Below are positions 19,311-31,298 of a DNA stretch of 64,000 nt, in pieces. The DNA is taken from the NCBI GenBank assembly GCA_043228905.1, contig JBHGNT010000005.1:7378001-7442000 (forward strand). The letters run 5' to 3'. The notes below the pieces were generated by a model, which saw only the letters and a program-made list of their open reading frames with translations, ran no database searches and was not told where the DNA came from. The first letter of the stretch is position 1. Each line of letters opens with the position of its first letter. The position numbers and the translations under genes are program-made. Source of the stretch: Azolla caroliniana. Lineage: Eukaryota; Plantae; Polypodiophyta.

Positions 19311-20879
19311 GGCTCATCATATGGTTAGACCTCCGAGTCAACATACCACAGTTCCTCTGATTTGGAAGTGATCTTCTTCATCGAGTTCGCCTTGTGCTTC
19401 ATTACAAAGGTCGTTCCTTTTTCGGTCTTCCCGGTTCCGGATCCTTCTAATCCTTCAACATAGTGCGAGCTTTGAAGGTTCCCTTGTCCAGGATTACCGA
19501 ATCCGGATTTATCCGAATCGGCACGCTTCTTCCAGCACTCGCTTTCTCGGTGGCCTTTCTTGCCACAATACCAACATTCCGTGTTGGCCTTTCCTTGTTG
19601 GTTTTGGGCGCTACTTTGACTCCCCCCGCTTGTGGAGGGTCTGGAACTACTGTCGACACTATCTCTGTGCCTCTGATTCTACTCTTGTCGGCCGCCTACA
19701 TTGCGTACCGATCCACCTCATCCTCCACGCCCACGGGGCTGATCCACTTCCGGGTATAGCATCCAGTTGTCCTATTGAGTCGTCCTTGGCCCACTCTCGT
19801 GGTTTTCTTCAACCATGAGCATCGATTGCAGGTCGAAGAAGGATGGTGGTTTCTCCTAGGTGAGGATAGAGGTCTGGATGGGCCCGTACCTTTGAGCCAG
19901 ACCACCGAGGCATATTTGCACCATTTCATCCTCATCTATCGTGATGTCAATGGACCCTAATGTGTTGCATATCTCCTTTACCTTTGTGGTGTAGTCTGAA
20001 ACTGACATATCCTTTTGTCGTATATTGTTCAGTTGTTGCCGAAGCTGTAGCTTGCGGGCTGAGGTACTTGCGGCGAAAATCTTTTTCAAATTTTCCCAGG
20101 CCTATTTCAACGTCTTAGCATCTCTAATGTAGCCGATCATTTGGTCATGCACAGAGGACGCAAGACAATATAGAACTTTTCTTGCTCCTTGTTCCCATGC
20201 CAAGAACTCCTTTTGTGACGACTCCAATGCTATTTCATTCGCACCCTCAACATAACTCCAGTATCCATGTCCGAGCAGATACTAGTGCATCTTGTATGAC
20301 TAGGAGCATAATTGTGTCTGTCAAGCTTCTCTGTCGGAAGCAAGCTTGCTATACCTCTGTCCATCTTTCACTCTTTACCGGGAGTTAGGGTTTTTCTTCA
20401 ATAATCTCTCGTTGGTAGCGGAGGTTCTAAACCCTAACGCTTTGATACCATGTAAAAGTTAACACGTGGACGCTTTGACAAACTGGTTTATCCGGATAGC
20501 AACATAAGATAGAGAATGACGGTTTCATGGAAGCTTAAGAACAGAGAATACACAGGAGAGACAGAGAGAGCAGAAAGCATCAACTCAATTCAAAATAATA
20601 ACACTTTGTACATAGGATGTGCTTAGTGAGCACTCTTTATACAAGTTCACAAGGGACTGACAGAAGTACTATGTACTTCAGTGCTCATAGGAGTGGCTGA
20701 TACTAATTACGAGGACCATGACTACCTAGTAGTCTAGAAGCGTAGACCTCTAAACGGCCTATCGATACACACATGGGTCCGGCTCATGGTTCTGGATACT
20801 ATCCGGACATTGACCCGGATACGATCTGGCTCTGGCATATCTAGTTGATCTGGATCCGGTTGAGCTTGCTCGCTCAACG

Positions 20880-21085
20880 CCTTGATCAGCCATGAAGGAT
20901 TCAAACTTCTGGTACCATTGTCGGGGAGCCTGCTTTAGTCCATACAAGCTCTTCCTCAACCAACACACCAAGTTTTCTTTTCCCTTCTTAACGAATTGTG
21001 TTGGTTTTGCATATCGATTTCTTCTTCTAAATCTCTATGCAGAAATGTTGTCTTGACGTCCATCTGTTCATCTTCTAGATCCATG
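20880..21085 (-). pseudogene. Short Copia RT relic (family A/B type)
   Basis: EQMDVKTTFLHRDLEEEI and KSLYGLKQAPRQWY motifs. Confidence 0.75.
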
Positions 21086-23090
21086 TTGGTCGTGGGGGAG
21101 TGCTCCCGGTCATAATGTTCGTATCGTCCATTGTAATCCCGGTATCGATCATGCCGGTCATAGTTATCCCGCCGATCACCGTACCTGACATCATTCTCCC
21201 GTCGATCGCCATACCGGACATCCTGTGCCGGTCGGTCGCGGTCTATTCGCCGCCAGCGTTCGTCTTCTTCATCGCGGCTGCTGCGTGGCTCAATTTGTCG
21301 AACGGGCGGTGCTTGTCGGTTCAATAGATTATACTCGCACCTATCCGTCATATGGCTCTTGGATTGACAGATTACACATTGCGTCCTCATAGTGCATTCT
21401 AGAGCCGAGTGTCCGGAATTCAAGCAGGTTGTGCACTGTATTGCTTGCCGAAACCGGAGGTCTTCATCGGACGGTAACGCCCGTTGGAGTGCTCCCAGTG
21501 TGAGCCAGGAGCTTGTCTTTTCCATCTCTCTCACCCGGTCAATGACCTGGTCGATGGTACTTGTGCGGAAGTCAATTATCGTGCAAACCGTGCGTAGGGG
21601 TTCCCGGAGCGCGTTTAGGAATATAGTCCGTAATTCCTCCTCCGGGGGTGCGGGGGCAAGCTGACTATGCATCCGTTGAAACCGGATGACAAATTGGGGA
21701 ATGCTCTCCCCTGCCTCCTGTCGGATGGTATAAAATAAGCCTACCATTATGGTCTGGTCCACCTCCTTTTGAAAAAAATGCAAGAATTTAGCTTTTAAAT
21801 CTGCAAAGGTGTTGATGGTAGACGGGTCCTGCGTCCGGCGCCATCTTGCTGCCGGTCCCTCCAATGTGACGCCAAATTCCGCTATCTTAGAGCGTTCTTC
21901 TTCCTCCGGGGTCAATGGTTGGGACACATGGTTGGCTTCACATGTCTGTTCAAAGGTGTGCACATGAGCTTCCGCGTCCGGATCATCTCTATACTTGGAG
22001 TACTGGAACGGCATGTCGTCGTCCGGTATCGGTGCGCGGGCTGGCAGTGTTGGTGCTCGTTCCGGAATTTTCTCCGGCGTCGGTGGTCTTTCCCGATTTA
22101 TTTCCGGCGTCGGTGGTTTTTCCTCTTCTTTTGGTGACAGAGATCTCTCCTCTTCGACTTCCGGTGTCGGAGGTCGCTCTTCCTCTGCTAGTTCCGGGGG
22201 TTCTAGTGTTAGCACTTCCGGTTCTGGTGTCGGTAAGGTATCCGATCCTTCGTCCTCCGGTCTGCCCGGGGTTTCATTGCTGCTACGGTAGTTCGTGTGC
22301 TCGCTGTATTCCCCTTCGGAGTCCGATTCATATGCTGAAAAGGCTTCTGCTTCGCCTTCTCCGTTTGCCAACGCGTGGAGAAGGGATTCGGTTTCCCAGA
22401 GGCTGCTTAGGCTGCTGCCGTCGTCCGGGTGCGATGTTTGCTATAACCAGAGGGAGTCCTCCGCTACTCTCCGGATTACGTTGGAAAACGAGCGATCCGC
22501 TCTAATTTCTTGCGCCGCTTGCTGGAAAGCCTCGCGTCTCCTTTGCCTTTCGGCAAGGCATCGAGTTCGATCTATAACCAGGTCGTGCGTTGATCTAGAC
22601 ATCCATCTGTGCCGTCGTTCGCTGCAAAAGCAGGAATCGTGGTTGCCAAAAACTGTGTTAACTCTTCGGGCCGGACAATGGCCTAACACAGGGTGTCTAC
22701 GGAAGACACTTCACCAAAGAGTGTTACAGCAATCGGATTAGACTCAACGCTTAATCCGACTTAATTAAGTTACTTAGCATGATCGTCTTTCATAATTACA
22801 CGCGTAAAATATAACAATTAAGACAGAACGGCAATTAACACAGAGAGATAACAACGCTAAGCTTCTATTAATTAACCGCCCTTCATTACATTGTATCCGG
22901 GCCTTTAAATAGGTTTCCGGTCTGTATTACAAAACGGTGCCATCCGCACCTGTTCGGGATCGGTCCAGATCCGGAACGACATATCGATTCCGGTCCATCC
23001 GTCCACACTCATAGCTTAATTACAACCACATTCCTACTACTTAAATAACTCTCTGTTTCCCACTTTGGACTCCTTTGCCGGCCGGTAACA
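21085..23090 (-). mobile_element. Truncated Gypsy G2 related to G1: 5' LTR 22656-23090, PBS 22638-22648, gag only
   Basis: LTR starts TGTTACC and ends TTAACA, followed by CAG...TTTTGGCA as in G1. Gag shares DDMP.(Y)SK.R...DAEAHV and FRQA.QCTTCLN.GHSA..CT.RT with G1. One in-frame stop near 22441. Confidence 0.85.
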
Positions 23091-23125
23091 CCTAGTAGCT
23101 AACTGAGGTAAATGTAACTGATAAG

Positions 23126-23953
23126 CTAATTAGCTTTTCTGCTAACTGAGCTAATTAACTTTCCGTGTAGAGTCAAAACAAATGTTGAGATAAATGTAAA
23201 TACCTGAGGTACATCAAGAAGATGAATGGGATGCTCCTCGTATTGATTTCTTCCAACACGTTTCCTGCATAAATCCTTTTTATTGGGTGAAACCCTACTC
23301 TCATTAGTCCAAAACATTGTGATTACATCCTTGATTTCAAATGTTATGGGTGTCATTGGCTTACATCTTGTAGTTAGCTTTAGTAGACTAGTTCCTTCAC
23401 CCGAGGAAATTATACGGTTCATTGTATTGTACACTGTTTTTCTACTAACACCAATTACCTTAGATAGCTCACTGATGTTTATATCGTCAACATCACTATT
23501 AAGTAACATCATTAGACTAGACCTTTTTAAGACAAGATCATCTTCTGACCTGCTCATGGATACAAAACTATTACGAAGATTATTTACTAAAATAGATGAT
23601 ATGTTTGCATTAAGACCATCACAATCAACTAAGTCCTTTATCGATGGATCATTACATATTCCATAAAGTACTACCTTCTTTTCTTCATTGCTGATGTGCT
23701 TGGTTTGAACATTGAAATAGTCTACAACCTTTCTCTCTATGATGGTAGTCGCATTACTTACATTCTCAGCTAAACTATCCTTACCTTTACTGAGTGTGGC
23801 TTTCGTATCCTTCAACAATTGACGATGTTTCCTTTTTTTTTCTGCCCAATAGTTTCGTATGGCTTGTTGTGTCCTGATAGCATCATCCCTATCCTTATGA
23901 TCATTGAGGGGTAATTCTAAACACCCTTCTTCCCCTTCCATTTGACTGGACAT
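23126..23953 (-). CDS. Probable DNA-transposon-associated protein, first exon, HTH-like
   Basis: 275-aa ORF with HTH-like ISELSKVIGVSRKTVYN and motif FWTNESRVSPNKKD..RKR....YEEHP.H. Likely splice donor (CAG|GT) near 23205. Truncated by G2. Family unassigned. Confidence 0.45.
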   Translation of the reverse strand: MSSQMEGEEGCLELPLNDHKDRDDAIRTQQAIRNYWAEKKRKHRQLLKDTKATLSKGKDSLAENVSNATTIIERKVVDYFNVQTKHISNEEKKVVLYGICNDPSIKDLVDCDGLNANISSILVNNLRNSFVSMSRSEDDLVLKRSSLMMLLNSDVDDINISELSKVIGVSRKTVYNTMNRIISSGEGTSLLKLTTRCKPMTPITFEIKDVITMFWTNESRVSPNKKDLCRKRVGRNQYEEHPIHLLDVPQVFTFISTFVLTLHGKLISSVSRKAN

Positions 23954-24239
23954 GTTAAAACCCTAAATTTCCAGAAAAAAAAAACAAGTATTTAAGATGG
24001 CTATGGGCAACAACAATACACAAAAATATTCCACAATACACAAGATTAGACACAACAATACACAAGATAATCAATAGACAGAAAAGTTATTGCAATCCAA
24101 GACCGAACAGTAGAGGAGTTCACTCCGTTGGATCGAACAGTTGAGGAGGCGATCCAAGACCGACCAATGGCGACAACTGAGTGTAGAATGTTGCCGTTGG
24201 ATGAGTGAACTCCGTCAAATCGAAATGTGGAAGCAATCC

Positions 24240-24612
24240 GGGACTGGACAGTAGCGGCAACTGAGTATAGAATGATGGCAATGGAGGAGAGAACCCCGTC
24301 AGATTGAACAGTTACCAATGATGCTTGGAACACACATAGAAGGCACCTGAGAGTAGAGTGGCACAGAGAAGAGAACCCCGTCAGATTGAACAGTTACCAA
24401 TGATGCTTGGAATGCACAGTAGCGGCCGCTGAGTGTAGAGTGGCACAGAGAAGAGAACCCCGTCAGATTGAATAGCTCTTTGATGACGCTTGGAACGCAC
24501 CGTAGCGGCCCTTGAGTGTAGAGTGGCAAAGAGAAGAGAACCCCATCAAATTGAACATCTCTTTGATGATGCTTGGAACGCACAGTAGCGGCCCCTCAGT
24601 GTAGAGTGGCGG
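24240..24612. repeat. ~82-bp tandem repeat, 4-5 copies (more degenerate copies back to ~24090)
   Basis: GAACCCC recurs at 24291, 24373, 24455 and 24538. Confidence 0.85.
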
Positions 24613-25169
24613 CAGGTGGACTCGATAGGGTTTAGCAACAGTGGTAGCAACTAACCCACAATACTCAACTAGAGATGGCCTACGTGATGTGGCAAAGGAT
24701 CATGCATAATGGACCTAGGAATTCGATATATAATTTATGGTACACATTTATGGTGCACACATCAATTTATGTTGCACATTTATGGCACTCATTTACATAT
24801 GTAATTAAAACACTCTAGTATTTTCAATGGTAGTTTTTTGCATACTTAATTTATTAATGATGGCTTTTTACTAAAATGACTATTTATCAATGGTAGCTTT
24901 TTGCATAGCTAATTAGCTATGTCAAGGACATAGCTAATTGTTTCCACTCGCATGCTTTCACCCAATGATAGTTTGCAGCTTGTGGGTTGCTGTGGTTTTT
25001 TCCATTAGTTTGGGTTTTCCACGTAAACATCCTGCGTACTCATCTCTTCTTCGTGTCGTTCATTATTTCCCGTTTTCTGTGTATGATTTTAAGCTCGGTT
25101 GTGGCCGAGCGTTGCGTATAGGGAGCGTGCAGTTCCATCAAGTGGTATCAGAGCGAAACGACACAGAAA

Positions 25170-28100
25170 ATGGACAAATCATTTGGCGGCATGTTCAAGC
25201 TCACCGGCTCCAACTATTCAGTGTGGAAGTCAAAGATGAGGGACATGCTCGTGGTTAAAGATCTTTGGTTACCGGTTCAGTTCGGGGACAAGAGACCGGA
25301 CAAGATCGACGCCACAATATGGGAGGTGATGCACATGAAGACAACGGCGTACATGCGGTGCTTCATCGACATGAACCTATACAACAACTTCAATGAAGAG
25401 AGCAAGGCTCATGAGCTCTGGGAGAAGATCGGCATTATGTTTCAAAACAAAAATGTTGTTAATCAGGTTTCGGTATTCCGAAAGCTAGTAAGACTCTGGT
25501 ACCAAGATGGCGGAGCACATGAATGCCTTCCAGGGGCTGATCCACCAGGCAACTTCATTGGAAGTACCTCTCGCCGATGAGGTACTAGCGTTACTCCTGC
25601 TCAGTTCCCTCCCGGATAGCTAGGAGACGTTGGTTGTCACTTTGGGCAACGCCGGGCCGGAAGGAAAACGATTATCCCTAGCAAGAGTAAAGTCGAGCTT
25701 GCTAGATGAGGAGGCGCCTCGGAAAGATAAAGATACGAGCTCCGACTCCAAAGCGCTCCTGACCGAATCGGAACGCGGAAGACATAGAATCCGTAGTCCC
25801 CAGAACCGGGAGAAGTCGGGGACACGATCAAAGTCAAGGGGAAGGCCTACTTGCTTCTATTGTGGCAAGCCGGGACACTTCCAAAAGAACTGTCGGCATT
25901 TCCGAAAAGACAAGGAAACCGACGGTACCGATTCGAAGCGGACCCCATATCGGAACGGTAAAGACGAGAGGGGGCCGGACCGGAAGGGAACAACGGCAAT
26001 CGCGGCAAGTGAAGAAGAGTTGATGCTCATCACCGAGGAGAGTGAGATAAACCTTGCCGGCGACGAGATGACCTGGGTGGTAGACTCCGGAGCCTCGTTC
26101 CACCTTACCCCGGACCGGAAATGCTTCTCATTCTACATAGCCGATGATCACGGCTGTGTCCGGATGGGGAATGAAGGTACATGCCGAATTGTCAGCATAG
26201 GAGACGTGTGGCTGACAACACCAACTGGATGCAAGTTGCTGTTGAAGGATGTCCGACACGTTCCGGAGGTTCGTCTGAACCTAATATCAGCCGGTCGGCT
26301 AGATGATGAAGGCTACACGGGTAGCATCCGGAACGGTGTCATGAAGTTCAGCAAAGGGAGCTTGATTGTGGCTCGGGCCCGGAAGGTCATCACATTGTAC
26401 CTGATGAATGCTCGGTTATGTCCGGAAGAAGTGAACGTGGCATTCGACACTGCCGATGAGTTGTGGCACAAGAGGCTGTGTCATATGAGCGAGAAGGGGA
26501 TGAAGAGGCTTGCAGACGACAAACTCATTCAAGTGAAGAACGTGCACTTGGAGAAGTGCACTAATTGTCTGGCCGGTAAGCAAAACCGGACCTCCTTCCG
26601 ACCAAGGCCACTGATGAGACGTAATGCACCACTAGAGTTGGTGCATACGGATGTGTGTCAAGTAGACACGAAGTCACATGCCAGAGCGCAGTACTTCGTG
26701 ACATTCATAGATGACCACAGCCGGAAGCTATGGTCCACACCGTTGAAGATGAAGGATCAGGTGCTATCCATCTTCAAAGAGCTCCACGTGAGAGTGGAAA
26801 GAGAAACCGGCCGGAAGCTGAAGGCGGTTCGAGCAGATAACGGAGGAGAATACCGGGGGCAGTTCGAGGAGTACTGCCGCTCGAAGGGAATCCGACTCGA
26901 ATTTACCGTGCCGAAGACGCCGGAACTAAACGGGTTGGCTGAGAGGATGAACCGGACCATAATGGAGAGGGTCCGGAGTATGTTGGCGCATGCAAAACTA
27001 CCCAAGAAGTTTTGGGCTGAGGCACTGTTGACGGCGACATATGTGATAAACAGATCACCCTCAGTACCCTTGGACGGAGACACGCCACAGAGAGTCTGGA
27101 CCGGTAAGGAAGTGTCCTACCGGCATCTGAAGGTATTCGGGTGTCTCGCGTACGTGCATGTAGCTAAGGACCGGAGAGGAAAGTTAGATCCAAAGACCCG
27201 GCCATGCATATTCCTCGGTTATGGCGACGATGAACGATGAGTTCGGCTATCGAGTGTGGGACCTGGTCGACAAGAAGGTATTCCGGAGTCGAGATATTAT
27301 CTTCATGGAGGACAAGACGCTCGCCGACTGGGAGTCGAAGAAGAAGATAATGAACTCCGAGTCGACCGGTAAGGATCGATTCTACAATGAGCAGACCCAA
27401 CCGGTAAGAGACCGGTTAGCACTCGAGGAACCAGCTGGTTACGGTGAGGATACCGAACCGGCAGAAGAAGAAGTAGAGGAAGCTGAAACCAGAACCGGCC
27501 AAGACCCCGAATCAGATTCGGATGAAGAGCAAATAGAGGAGCCAGTTACCGAAGCCCAGAGACGGAGATATCCTCTAAGAGAGAGAAGGGACCCCCGGAG
27601 ATTTTCGGATGCAGAGCATGTGCTGCTAACTGATGAGGGGGAGCCAGAAAGCTTCGAAGAAGCGAAGGATGACACCCACAGCCGCAAATGGTTAAGTGCC
27701 ATGCAGGATGAGATGGATTCCCTGCATGAGAACCATACGTACGAATTGGTGGAGTTGCCGAAAGGAAAGCGGGCACTCCGAAACAAGTGGGTGTACAAGT
27801 TGAAACCGGGAGATGCCGGCAACCCCCCGAGATACAAATCCAGGATCGTGGTGAAGGGGTTCCAGCAGAAGAAGGGCGTGGACTTCGACGAGATATTTGC
27901 CCCGATAGTAAAGATGACCTCCATCCGGACGGTGCTGAGTATAGCGGCAAGCATGGACCTCGAGGTAGAGCAGCTAGACGTGAAGACGGCATTCCTTCAC
28001 GGTGACCTCGAAGAGGAGATCTACATGCAGCAACCGGAAGGATTCGTGGAGAAAGGGAAGGAGCACTTGGTTTGCCGGTTAAAGAAGAGCATGTACGGAC

Positions 28101-28233
28101 TGAAGCAGGCTCCCCGACAATGGTACCGAAAGTTTGACTCCTTCATGACCGATCAAGGGTACCACAAGACGCAAGCCGATCATTGCGTGTTTGTGAAGAA
28201 GTTCGAAGGAGGCGACTTCCTGATACTCCTTCT
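25170..28233 (+). pseudogene. Copia B gag-pol (gag to mid-RT), with frameshifts and stops
   Basis: ORFs 25170-25580, 25630-27240 and 27221-28233, collinear with Copia A. Confidence 0.9.
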
Positions 28234-28727
28234 TGACGGAACTGCACGCTCCCTATATGCAACGCTCGGCCACAACCGAGCTTAGAATCATACACAGAAA
28301 ACGGGAAATAATGAACGACACGAAGAAGAGACGAGTACGCAGGATGTTTACGTGGAAAACCCAAACTAAGGAAAAAAACCACGGCAGCCCACAGGCTGCA
28401 AACTATCACTATGTTAGAATGTACAACAGTGAGTTCACGGAGGCAACGACCTCGTGCTCATGATCCTCGCCATAGGCAGCGGTTACAACAGAGGCAACGA
28501 CCTCTTTCTCTCTCTCTCTCTCTCTGTACACAGTTACGCGCTTTCTCTCTCCTTGCACCAACAAGAATGACAACAACACTTTCTAAAACTTTGCCCTAAG
28601 TCATATTTATACTAATATGACTTTTCGGCTATTTACAAATATAGCCATGATGGATTCTTAGAAACATATTTACGAATATGTCTCTTCATCCGGTGAGCAC
28701 CGCATCACCGGGTGCCCGGCTACAGGA

Positions 28728-28933
28728 CCGGATGGTGCAGACCCGGTGAGAACCGGATGAGGAGTGCCCGGCTTCGAAGAGCCGGATGGTGCAGACCCGG
28801 TGAGAGCCGGATGAGGAGTGCCCGGCTCTCCGTAGCCGGGCACTCCTCATCCGGCTCTCACCGGGTCTGCACCATCCGGCTCTCCGAAGCCGGGCACTCC
28901 TCATCCGGTTCTCAACGGGTTTGCACCATCCGG
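28728..28933. repeat. Near-perfect 206-bp palindrome (100-bp arms, 6-nt loop)
   Basis: 28728-28827 versus the reverse complement of 28834-28933: about 3 mismatches. Confidence 0.9.
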
Positions 28934-28937
28934 CTCC

Positions 28938-29914
28938 GGCATGGGGTGTCTTACTAGTCCGATCCTCTTCCGGCATGCATCCAGCTTGTCGGGTATCAAC
29001 ACTTTGGTCAGCATATCTGACTCGTTCTCGGCCGTGTGGATCTTCATCAGTGCGAACTCCTGGTCATCTACTCTTTCCCGGATCCAATGATACCTTCGTT
29101 GGATATGCTTCGTCCGGGAATGGTAGGCCGCATTCTTAGCAAGATGGATGGCACTTTGACTGACACAATATAGTCGGTATTCATCTTGCCGGATACCGAG
29201 CTCTTCGATGAAGTCCTTCATCCATAATATTTCCTTGCCGGCTTCCACAGCCGCCATGTACTCCGCCTCCGTGGTTGACAATGCAACCGTCTTCTGCAGC
29301 CTCGACTGCCACGAAACAGCTCCCCCTGCATATGTCATTACGTACCCGGATGTAGACCGGCTGGTATCCACATCAGCCGACATGTCCGAATCGGTGTAAC
29401 CGTCAAGTTGAGGTTTTCCAGAGCCGAATCGGAGACACATATTTGAAGTGCCCTTCAAGTACCGGAGTATCCATTTGACCGCGTTCCAGTGCTCCTTGCC
29501 GGGATTGCTCATAAACCGGCTCACCACTCCAACGGCGTATCCTATATCCGGTCGGGTACAAACCATTGCGTACATTAAGCTCCCGACGGCAGAGGCATAT
29601 GGAATCTTCATCATATCTGCCTTCTCTGCTTTCGTCTTCGGGCTTTGCTTACCGGATAACCTGCAGTTTGCCGGAAGTGTCGATCCGACCGGTTTCGCAT
29701 CTGACATGTTGAACCAGTGAAGCACCTTTGTCACGTACTTCTCCTGTGACAGCCATAATTGCTTCGCTGACTGGTTCCGGATAATATGCATCCCCAGCAT
29801 CTGTCTTGTCGGACCCAAGTCTTTCATTGAGAAGGTCCGGTTGAGGGCCTTCTTCAGCATCCGTATTTTGACTTGGTCCCGTCCGACGATCAACATGTCG
29901 TCCACGTACAGAAG
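28938..29914 (-). pseudogene. Inverted remainder of Copia B RT-RNase H
   Basis: Starts exactly at LYVDDML where the plus-strand ORF stops (GGDFLILLL) and ends RHPMPE. Confidence 0.9.
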
Positions 29915-31224
29915 TGTTGGGAGACAGGTCCCTCCAAATGGGAAGGGAGAAGAATAGTGTTGATGAACAAACTCTGTCGAGGCCGAAACCGGATGAGGAG
30001 TACCCGGCTACGGAGAGTCGGATGGTGCAGACCCGGTGAGAACCGGTTGAGGAGTGCCCGGCTACAGAGAGTCGGATGGTGCAGACCCGGTGAGGAGTGC
30101 TCACCGGATGAAGAGACATATTCGTAAATATGTTTCTTAGAATCCATCATGGCTATATTTGTAAATAGTCGAAAAGTCATATTAGTATAAATATGACTTA
30201 GGGCAAACTTTTAGAAAGTGGTGTTGTCATTCTTGTTGGTGCAAGGAGAGAGAGAGCGTGTAACTGTGTATAGAGAGAGAGAGAGAGAAAGAGGTCGTTG
30301 CCTCTGTTGTAACCGCCGCCTATGGCGAGGATCGTGAGCACAAGGTCATTGCCTCCGTGAACTCACTGTTGTACATTCTAACATAGTGATAGTTTGCAGC
30401 CTTTGGGCTGCCGTGGTTTTTTCCCTTAGTTTGGGTTTTCCACGTAAACATCCTCCTACTCGTCTCTTCTTCGTGTCGTTCATTATTTCCCATTTTCTGT
30501 GTATGATTCTAAGCTCGGTTGTGGCCGAGCGTTGCGTATAAGGAGCGTGCAATTCCGTCAATAAGGACTCTTGAGATATATGTTTCTTTTAACAAAACAT
30601 ATATGGGCAAATGCCTCGCACATCTCTTATACGCATAAAACGTTAAACATTAAACATGAGCAACCTATTTGGTTAGCTCAAGTGTTTAATGCATTTGTTC
30701 TCGAGGTCTCGAGTTCAAATATGACCAAGACCATACAACATTGTTGATACATATGACTATAATACATGTTTAGACGTTAGGTCTAATTGTTACGGGCATG
30801 ACCATATGATATCCCGCAGTGAGAATTTACCGCAGTATTCTATACACGTGGATAAGTGTGAGGGTTAAATGAGAGTGTAAAGAAGGGGAGGATTACTTTT
30901 AATCCTCGGGATTGAGACACCCGTTATCAATCCCCCGTTAGGCCAAGTGTGAACTTGCATGGGGGCCTTGGGTATCGCTATAATTATGAGGCCTAACTAC
31001 CCTCATTTCATCATATCTTGACTACATTGAGACTCTGTTTCGTGGTGGGTCAACTCTTGTAGCGAGCGCGCCAGCACCAGGTACAACCTGCCACGATGAT
31101 GGTATGGGACGCCGATCGGGGCTCGAGTCCGTCTCGATTCCTTCGCTCGAGGGTGGTCGGGTGGATCGGCACCCTTCTTTCTCTCTCTCCTTTCTATCTA
31201 TCTGTCTTTTATCCTTATCATATG

Positions 31225-31264
31225 TGTAAACGTAAGTGTTTGCGGAAGCGTAAAACAGAGAACA

Positions 31265-31298
<34 letters not shown>

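Larger units (their letters stand above)
1172..20879 (-). mobile_element. Degenerate Ty1/Copia (C0), host of the nest; internal parts 1172-4517 and 19311-20450; 5' LTR 20451-20879; 3' LTR missing
   Basis: Fragmented RNase H ([19 protein letters not shown]), RT (LLYVDDLV, QMDVKN), integrase (EQNGVAERKN) and gag pieces. Met-PBS complement GCTTTGATACCA at 20439-20450. Same family as C1. Confidence 0.85.
24960..30560 (+). mobile_element. Copia B (related to A) with an internal inversion: partial 5' LTR to 25140, gag-pol to 28233, inverted LTR plus RT/RH 28234-29914, LTR 29915-30560
   Basis: PBS TGGTATCAGAGC at 25143. Frameshifted gag-pol ORFs span 25170-28233. Inverted TSD CTTCT (28229-28233) and AGAAG (29910-29914). 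Confidence 0.9.

Noticed and set aside
22722-22730. Alternative G2 LTR end (TGTTAC) with PBS TGGTGAAG
   Set aside because: The 22656 boundary reproduces the G1 junction pattern (TTAACA-CAG...TTTGGCA) better.
24240-24612. CRISPR-like array
   Set aside because: Whole 82-bp units repeat with no unique spacers; eukaryotic context.
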